Origin: an uncultured Treponema sp.
GTDB taxonomy: Bacteria; Spirochaetota; Spirochaetia; Treponematales; Treponemataceae
Direction: 5' to 3'
Assembly: GCA_947178095.1 (NCBI GenBank)
Contig: CAMWWZ010000001.1
Coordinates: 34,145 to 98,144, forward strand
DNA length: 64,000 bases
Shown: positions 58,870-64,000 of the stretch, piece by piece
Numbering within the stretch: position 1 is the first letter of the stretch
How the letters are laid out: each line of letters opens with the position of its first letter
Notes under the pieces: generated by a model
Seen by the model: the letters and a program-made list of their open reading frames with translations, nothing else
Databases searched by the model: none
Told to the model about the DNA's origin: nothing
Made by a program: the position numbers and the translations under genes

Positions 58870-59797
58870 GCGCGAGCTTGTCCTTCAATATTTGATTGAC
58901 GGAAATGTTCCGATAACGGTAACGCCCATCGAAGATGGCGAAGCTGACGGCAAAGTGAAGCCCGCGTCGTCGTCGGTGTTTCCGATCGCGATAAAGGCCG
59001 AACAGCAAAAAGTCCTGCAACAGGGAATCATCCTCCTCACGAATCCGAGCGAAAACGTGCGGAATTTCATCGGGCGGAACGTCAAGGTGGAATTCTATTT
59101 CAACCGACTCGGGCTTTATTTTGAGACGCGGATGAAAGAAATCAGCGCGGGACTCGCGCTCGTAATTCCTTCGGCGATAAGCCGCATCGAGGAAACGCCG
59201 GTTTCGGGACGCGCCACGGAATTTTCCGCGACACTTTATTATTCTCTCAGCCGCGAAAGCGTCGAAAAGGACGCGGAAGGAAGCATCCACATTGAATGCG
59301 TTCCGGCGCAAGGCTACGACATTTTCGCAAAGCCCGTCTGGAAGGACGTGGCGGAGGACGCGCAGCAAAAGGCGAAATCATATCTCGAAGAATTCATCGC
59401 GCACGCGCGCAAGCAAGGCGTGGCAGGAAACGGAGTGCAGTTGATTCCCGTGGTGAGATTCCTTGCGGAAGAAAGCCAAGGCGCGAAAGTGCAAAGCATC
59501 GAAGGAAGGGCCGAGCCTCTCGAAGTGCTTTTTGCGAACCACGAGCGAATCGTCTTCGGCACGAGAACGAACGCCGCGGAGACTTCGCTCAAGGAAGGCT
59601 GCGAGTACGCGCTCGAAATGCTTTTCCCGATGAAGCGTCCGCTCAACGACCGAAAGATTTTCACGACGTGCCGAGTGGAAAGCGTGTACCATGGCGAGGA
59701 CAAAAACGCTTCATGCTCGGTCTGCCGCTACACTTCGATACAGGAAGAGGACTTGCGATTCTTGTACGAAAAGTGCACGAACGAAAAATTGTTGTGA
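58847..59797 (+). CDS. Hypothetical protein, possibly PilZ-like
   Basis: 316 aa, predicted beta-rich; C-terminal ...RYTSIQEEDLRFL resembles PilZ C-termini; no clear RxxxR motif. Confidence 0.4.
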   Translation: MEKLTGIERELVLQYLIDGNVPITVTPIEDGEADGKVKPASSSVFPIAIKAEQQKVLQQGIILLTNPSENVRNFIGRNVKVEFYFNRLGLYFETRMKEISAGLALVIPSAISRIEETPVSGRATEFSATLYYSLSRESVEKDAEGSIHIECVPAQGYDIFAKPVWKDVAEDAQQKAKSYLEEFIAHARKQGVAGNGVQLIPVVRFLAEESQGAKVQSIEGRAEPLEVLFANHERIVFGTRTNAAETSLKEGCEYALEMLFPMKRPLNDRKIFTTCRVESVYHGEDKNASCSVCRYTSIQEEDLRFLYEKCTNEKLL

Positions 59798-59882
59798 GCG
59801 GATTTTCCAAGAGGAACAAAAATTTTCGCTTCCGCTGGTGCTAGCGGCTGCACCGTTTCGCTTCCGTAAGGGGCTTCAAAAA

Positions 59883-60401
59883 TTATTTCCAGCCTTTCAC
59901 TTCAGATTCGCTCACGCTGCGTGTAAAGCGTTTGCCGCTTTTCCATTCGCCGTGCGCTTTTTTGGCGAGGTTTTTCGCGCTCGCGCCCACGCCGCTTGAG
60001 CCGGAAGTGCAGAACGGATAGACTGTCTTTCCGCTGAAATCCGCGCCTTCGACGAACGTGTACAAAATGTTCGGCGCTTCGCCCCACCAAATCGGATAGC
60101 CGATGTAAACAGTGTCGTAGCCTGAGATGTCAAGAGTCTCCGCCATTTCAGGACGAACCGTCACCAAATTATGGCATTCTTTCGTCGTCCGCGAATTCGA
60201 ATCGCGCCAATTCAAGTCGGCCTTGGTGTAGGCGACTTTCGGCTTGATTTCCAAAATGTCGCTTCCAGTAATTTTCGCGATTTGCTCGGCAACCGCGCGA
60301 GTCGTGCCATATTCCGCAGAAAAATAAATCACGACGCTTTTCGCGCTCGCCATCATGCACATTGCAAAAGTCAATGCAATCGTCAAAATAATTTTTTTCA
60401 T
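59883..60401 (-). CDS. Flavodoxin with N-terminal signal peptide
   Basis: IYFSAEYGTTRAVA, IGYPIWWG, PFCTSGSSG; MKKIILTIALTFAMCMMASA leader. Confidence 0.9.
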   Translation of the reverse strand: MKKIILTIALTFAMCMMASAKSVVIYFSAEYGTTRAVAEQIAKITGSDILEIKPKVAYTKADLNWRDSNSRTTKECHNLVTVRPEMAETLDISGYDTVYIGYPIWWGEAPNILYTFVEGADFSGKTVYPFCTSGSSGVGASAKNLAKKAHGEWKSGKRFTRSVSESEVKGWK

Positions 60402-60545
60402 TTCTTTCTCCTAAAAAATTTCAATGCAATTTTTAAAATTGTAACTCAAATTTTACGTGCGCGTCAAGCAATTTTCGACGCACACAAATAAAAGTTCGCG
60501 CGACATTTTTTCGCAAACTTAAAATGTCCGTTCATGCGAAACGAA

Positions 60546-61526
60546 TTATCGTATTTCCACGATTCGATATCGCTGCTTGCCCGCGCCGATTTTTTCTGCC
60601 GCGTTCAGCACGGTGTCCACTCCATGCAACTTTTCCCATGCGGCGGCTTCGGCCTCCGTTCCCTGCCCGAACGTCATGTCGCATGCCGCGCGGTCAATCG
60701 CCACGGGATCGATGGAAGCCAAAACGCCGATATTGCCAAGCGGCTTCGCATCGCGGCAACTGTCGTCAACGCAAATGTCCGCCAAGACATTGATGTAAAC
60801 CCACGGCTTCGATTCATTCACGGCCTTGGTCGCGTCGGCCACCGCAAGCTTGAATTGCTCGCCGCCGTCGCCAGGATAATAAGGCGTTTCTTTTTTGCCG
60901 CCCGAATGCAGGATCGCCTTTCCGCTTCGCGAGCCAAACGGAATCGAAACAGCCTTTGTCATTCCGTCGTACTGCGGAAGATCATGAGGCTTAAAAAGCA
61001 TAATCGCGATCGCGCCGTCATACTTTGCAAAGCCATTTCCCACGCGGAAATACTTGAGGACGTTTCCGCCGCGCACAGGCAAATCCATGTCGCCGTTCGC
61101 GTCGATGATTTCGCAAGGCGCGACTTTGTCCCAACCGTGCTCCTTCGCCATTCCAAGAGAGCCGTCCGAAGTTCCGCGCGGTGCAGTGAAATAGGTCGAG
61201 TCGATGAAAGTTCCGTTCGTCTCTTTTACAAGGTCGGAAAGCAGCGCGGGATCGAGGTACTGAGTGTTCCTGCCTTCGAAAATCACTTTGAGCGCGATTT
61301 TCCCTTTGAGCGCCCGCCCGGTCGCCTTGTACAATTTGAGAATGCTCGCAGAAGAAATCTCGCGCGAAAAATAAACTGCGGGCGCGTCCTTGTCCTGCGT
61401 GGCATTCCGCAATTTCGAAATGTCAATTTTCGTCGTGCCCAAATTTTTTTGCGAAGCGTCTTTCGTCTGCGCGAACGCAATTCCAAACAGCAGCATCGCC
61501 GCCATTGTCCAAACAATTTTTTTCAT
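60546..61526 (-). CDS. DUF362-family protein with signal peptide (divergent)
   Basis: VYFSREIS...ALKV, GNIGVLASIDPVAIDRAACD, AAEKIGAG...Y; MKKIVWTMAAMLLFGIAFA leader. Confidence 0.75.
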   Translation of the reverse strand: MKKIVWTMAAMLLFGIAFAQTKDASQKNLGTTKIDISKLRNATQDKDAPAVYFSREISSASILKLYKATGRALKGKIALKVIFEGRNTQYLDPALLSDLVKETNGTFIDSTYFTAPRGTSDGSLGMAKEHGWDKVAPCEIIDANGDMDLPVRGGNVLKYFRVGNGFAKYDGAIAIMLFKPHDLPQYDGMTKAVSIPFGSRSGKAILHSGGKKETPYYPGDGGEQFKLAVADATKAVNESKPWVYINVLADICVDDSCRDAKPLGNIGVLASIDPVAIDRAACDMTFGQGTEAEAAAWEKLHGVDTVLNAAEKIGAGKQRYRIVEIR

Positions 61527-61545
61527 AGAATGTCTCCTTAAGAAT

Positions 61546-61974
61546 TTATTTTTCAAACGAAAACGTGATTTTTTCCCTTGCGCCGAATTTTTTGAAAGCC
61601 GCAAAATCCGAAGTGACGCGCCCGATCGGAATGACGCGCATGGTCAAATTGGGACGGTCGGTCTGGGCGTAGAAAATCGCAAGCGTGTTGTTCGTGGCGC
61701 AATACGTGATATCGCCATCGTCAAAACGCAATTGTCCGCCATCCGCATTTTTCGGCGTGAACGGAATCGCTCCGTAATACTCGCGGCCGCCGAAGCCGAC
61801 CATCGAAACAGAAAGCGGAAATTTCGCAGCGATTTCTTCTGCCAAATCCGTGTCGAAAATCACGCCTTCAAGTTCTACGCCGCCAACGGAAATTTTAACC
61901 GCCCGCTCTTTCGAAAAGCAAAAAGCCCCGCAAAATAAAAAGACGAGCGCGATTACGAAAAACAATTTTTTCAT
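61546..61974 (-). CDS. Cyclophilin-like fold protein with signal peptide
   Basis: FDTDLAEEIAAKFPL, GDITYC...NTLAIFY, IPIGRV. Confidence 0.8.
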   Translation of the reverse strand: MKKLFFVIALVFLFCGAFCFSKERAVKISVGGVELEGVIFDTDLAEEIAAKFPLSVSMVGFGGREYYGAIPFTPKNADGGQLRFDDGDITYCATNNTLAIFYAQTDRPNLTMRVIPIGRVTSDFAAFKKFGAREKITFSFEK

Positions 61975-62116
61975 AAATTTTCTCCCGAGAAAAAATGCTT
62001 TATAAATTGATTTTAGCAGAAGAAAACGAGTTATGTCAAATACTTTGTTTGTTATTCAAAAATATGCATTTTAAGCATAGGTAAGGAAAGGGGAATTTCG
62101 GAGCGCGGGCTTAAAT

Positions 62117-62190
62117 AATCAACAACCCCGACGCATTCGCAACGAAGTTTCTAGCGGAGCGTCAGGGTATAAAACCATCCGCGCAAATCA
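62117..62190. repeat. Palindromic dispersed repeat, copy C (interrupted)
   Basis: AATCAACAACCCCGACGCA-[~23 nt insert]-GCGTCAGGGTATAAAACCATCCGCGCAAATCA. Confidence 0.65.
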
Positions 62191-64000
62191 TGGCAATAAA
62201 TTACGAAGTCCGCCAAGAATCCGCGATTCCCTATCAAGTCCTTTTTCGCGAAGTAAATTCAGAAATTCTTGGGCTGGCTTTTCGTCTTGTTTATTTTCAA
62301 TTCGCTTTTCAAGAAAAGTTTCAAAATCATATCTGCCATTCTTGGTATCTTTCCAGTCGAACTTCAAGTTTCCATGCTCAATGAATAATTTCAGCGTTTC
62401 AAAATAGCCTTTTTCAAAAAGTTCGAATTGCAGCGGCCGCCCGCCAAAGACTTTTTCAATGCAGTAGAAACCTTCATACTGAATAAGAAAACGGACAAGT
62501 TTCTCATCGTTCTTGCGGTTCAGGGCAGCTTCAAAAATCTGCCCGGCATAATTCGGATTGCTGGAAAATTCAGTTTTGTAATATGAAAGAATTCCTTTCA
62601 AAAGAGTTTCGTTGCTTCGTAGGCTGTCCGTCCGCAAAAACTGGACGACAGGATTTCCTGTTTTGAATGCGCTCAAATCTGAAGAAAATGTGTGGTAGGA
62701 TGCCATGAGTTCTTGCGGACAAGCCCTGCCCGATGCATTGTAATCAAGCAGCGTTTTTATTATATCCGGCTGATTTTTGAGTATTGCGTAAATGAGATAA
62801 TTTCCGCATCCGCTTGCGACGGGTGGCACGCGGTTCATTTTCAGTTCTTTAAATACAGCCGCAAATAAATCCGCATTCCCGCTTTCTATGCACAACTGAA
62901 GCGCAGGCTTTTTCATATCTTGGCTTTTATCATAGAGCCTTGACTGCATGAGTGCGGGCATTGCATACAGCTGCTCTTTTACGCTGCGGATGTCGTCCTG
63001 TGTCAAAGAATTCTTTTCAAAAATCGAAAAGAATTTATCTTCGGCTTCACGGAAAAAATTATCGTCCAGTTCTTTGGGAGTAAGCGCGCCGTTCCGGATT
63101 TTGTTGTACACAAGATAGTAAGGCGTTAGGTACGCGGCGGTGCGCATGCCGTTTACCGCGTTCAAGGCTTCAAAAAGTTCTGAATCTTCCCGCGAGTAAG
63201 TCCGCCCTTTCATGGAATTTTTTGGATTCTGTTTTTCTTCTTCGATAATACGGCGCAGTTTTTCTTGCATAACGGCAAGAAAGACATTGTAGTTGCCTTT
63301 CCCGCCGTCAAAGGCAATCACCGGCAGGCTTTTTTCGTAGGCATCGCGCATATTTATGTCGGACTGTTTGACGAGTCGCTCCACCATGTCGAGCTGCTGT
63401 AGTTTTACGGCAAGGATGAGCGGCGTTTCTGAAAAAGAATTTTTTTTGTCAATCATTTTTTTATTCTTTTCCTTGTCTAGTCTGTCCAAAAAGAATGTAA
63501 GATACTCTTCGTTTCCTGACCGCACGGCTTTGTGCAAGCATGTCTCGTTGTACTGGTCGGTCATAAAAAGAAGCCGAGGCTCTTTTTCAAGGAGCAATTC
63601 CATGCAAGAGATGGCCGCATCTTTTCGGAAAGAATTGGACATCACAATGCAGAACAGCGCATTATACTTTTCTTTGGAAGTCGCACTGTATTTGAGCGGC
63701 TCGCTTTTTTTCTTTTTTGAAGCGAGCAGGGCATCATTGTGCCGCACAAGTTCCTGTATGATTTCTTCATGCCCGTTCCAAGCTGCCCACATCAACGCAG
63801 TCTGTCCGAGCCTGTCCGCCGCATTCAAGTCCGCCTTGTCAGAAAGTGCTTCCTTGAGATTTTGTATGTCTCCGACTTTTGCGGCGTTGAACAAATTGAC
63901 ATCGGCCTGTTTCTGGAATTTGTCCGTATCGCATTCCAAAAGTCCTTTCGTGCGTGGAAGCGAGCTGCACCCGACAAGCAGTGCCAGCGACAAGACAATC
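62188..64000 (-). CDS. Ankyrin-repeat lipoprotein (start lies beyond window end)
   Basis: Lipobox LVGC; GQTALMWAAWNGH, ETCLHKAV, ETPLILAV. Confidence 0.85.
   Translation of the reverse strand, partial: IVLSLALLVGCSSLPRTKGLLECDTDKFQKQADVNLFNAAKVGDIQNLKEALSDKADLNAADRLGQTALMWAAWNGHEEIIQELVRHNDALLASKKKKSEPLKYSATSKEKYNALFCIVMSNSFRKDAAISCMELLLEKEPRLLFMTDQYNETCLHKAVRSGNEEYLTFFLDRLDKEKNKKMIDKKNSFSETPLILAVKLQQLDMVERLVKQSDINMRDAYEKSLPVIAFDGGKGNYNVFLAVMQEKLRRIIEEEKQNPKNSMKGRTYSREDSELFEALNAVNGMRTAAYLTPYYLVYNKIRNGALTPKELDDNFFREAEDKFFSIFEKNSLTQDDIRSVKEQLYAMPALMQSRLYDKSQDMKKPALQLCIESGNADLFAAVFKELKMNRVPPVASGCGNYLIYAILKNQPDIIKTLLDYNASGRACPQELMASYHTFSSDLSAFKTGNPVVQFLRTDSLRSNETLLKGILSYYKTEFSSNPNYAGQIFEAALNRKNDEKLVRFLIQYEGFYCIEKVFGGRPLQFELFEKGYFETLKLFIEHGNLKFDWKDTKNGRYDFETFLEKRIENKQDEKPAQEFLNLLREKGLDRESRILGGLRNLLP

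Noticed and set aside
60402-60545. Possible FMN riboswitch upstream of the flavodoxin
   Set aside because: Only an imperfect hairpin; none of the conserved FMN-aptamer sequence blocks are present

Overview
This is a chromosomal window from a Treponema-like spirochete. The assignment is inferred from the rpsB-tsf-frr-uppS-cdsA-dxr-rseP block without pyrH, a shortened SMC, a divergent Rnf-like cluster and many lipoproteins. Most of the window is housekeeping: metG, serS, glgA, rfbA/rfbC, smc, coaD, maf, aconitase and four tRNAs (Gly-CCC, Arg-TCT, Val-TAC, Arg-CCG). I found no CRISPR array, integrase, transposase or prophage. Points that stand out: (1) a 2897-aa secreted protein (35036-43729) with polymorphic-toxin-like architecture, comprising a coiled-coil body, a hydrophobic hairpin, a degenerate zincin-like segment and a compositionally distinct C-terminal papain/C39-like Cys-His-Asn domain, with no adjacent immunity gene; (2) an apparent 'pseudo-enzyme' operon in which a complete rnfC-D-G-E-A-B-like set lacks recognisable flavin-attachment motifs and most RnfA/E Cys ligands but keeps the ferredoxin clusters, followed by a GH57 lacking its catalytic motifs; (3) a 57-aa basic zinc-ribbon gene missed by the ORF track, behind a near-consensus promoter; (4) a relic type I R-M hsdM tail still joined to an MNT-HEPN toxin-antitoxin pair; (5) a flavodoxin/DUF362/cyclophilin-like trio that all carry signal peptides; (6) a dispersed palindromic repeat family (3 copies) and two multi-hairpin intergenic cassettes. 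All family assignments come from motif recognition by eye; no database search was run.
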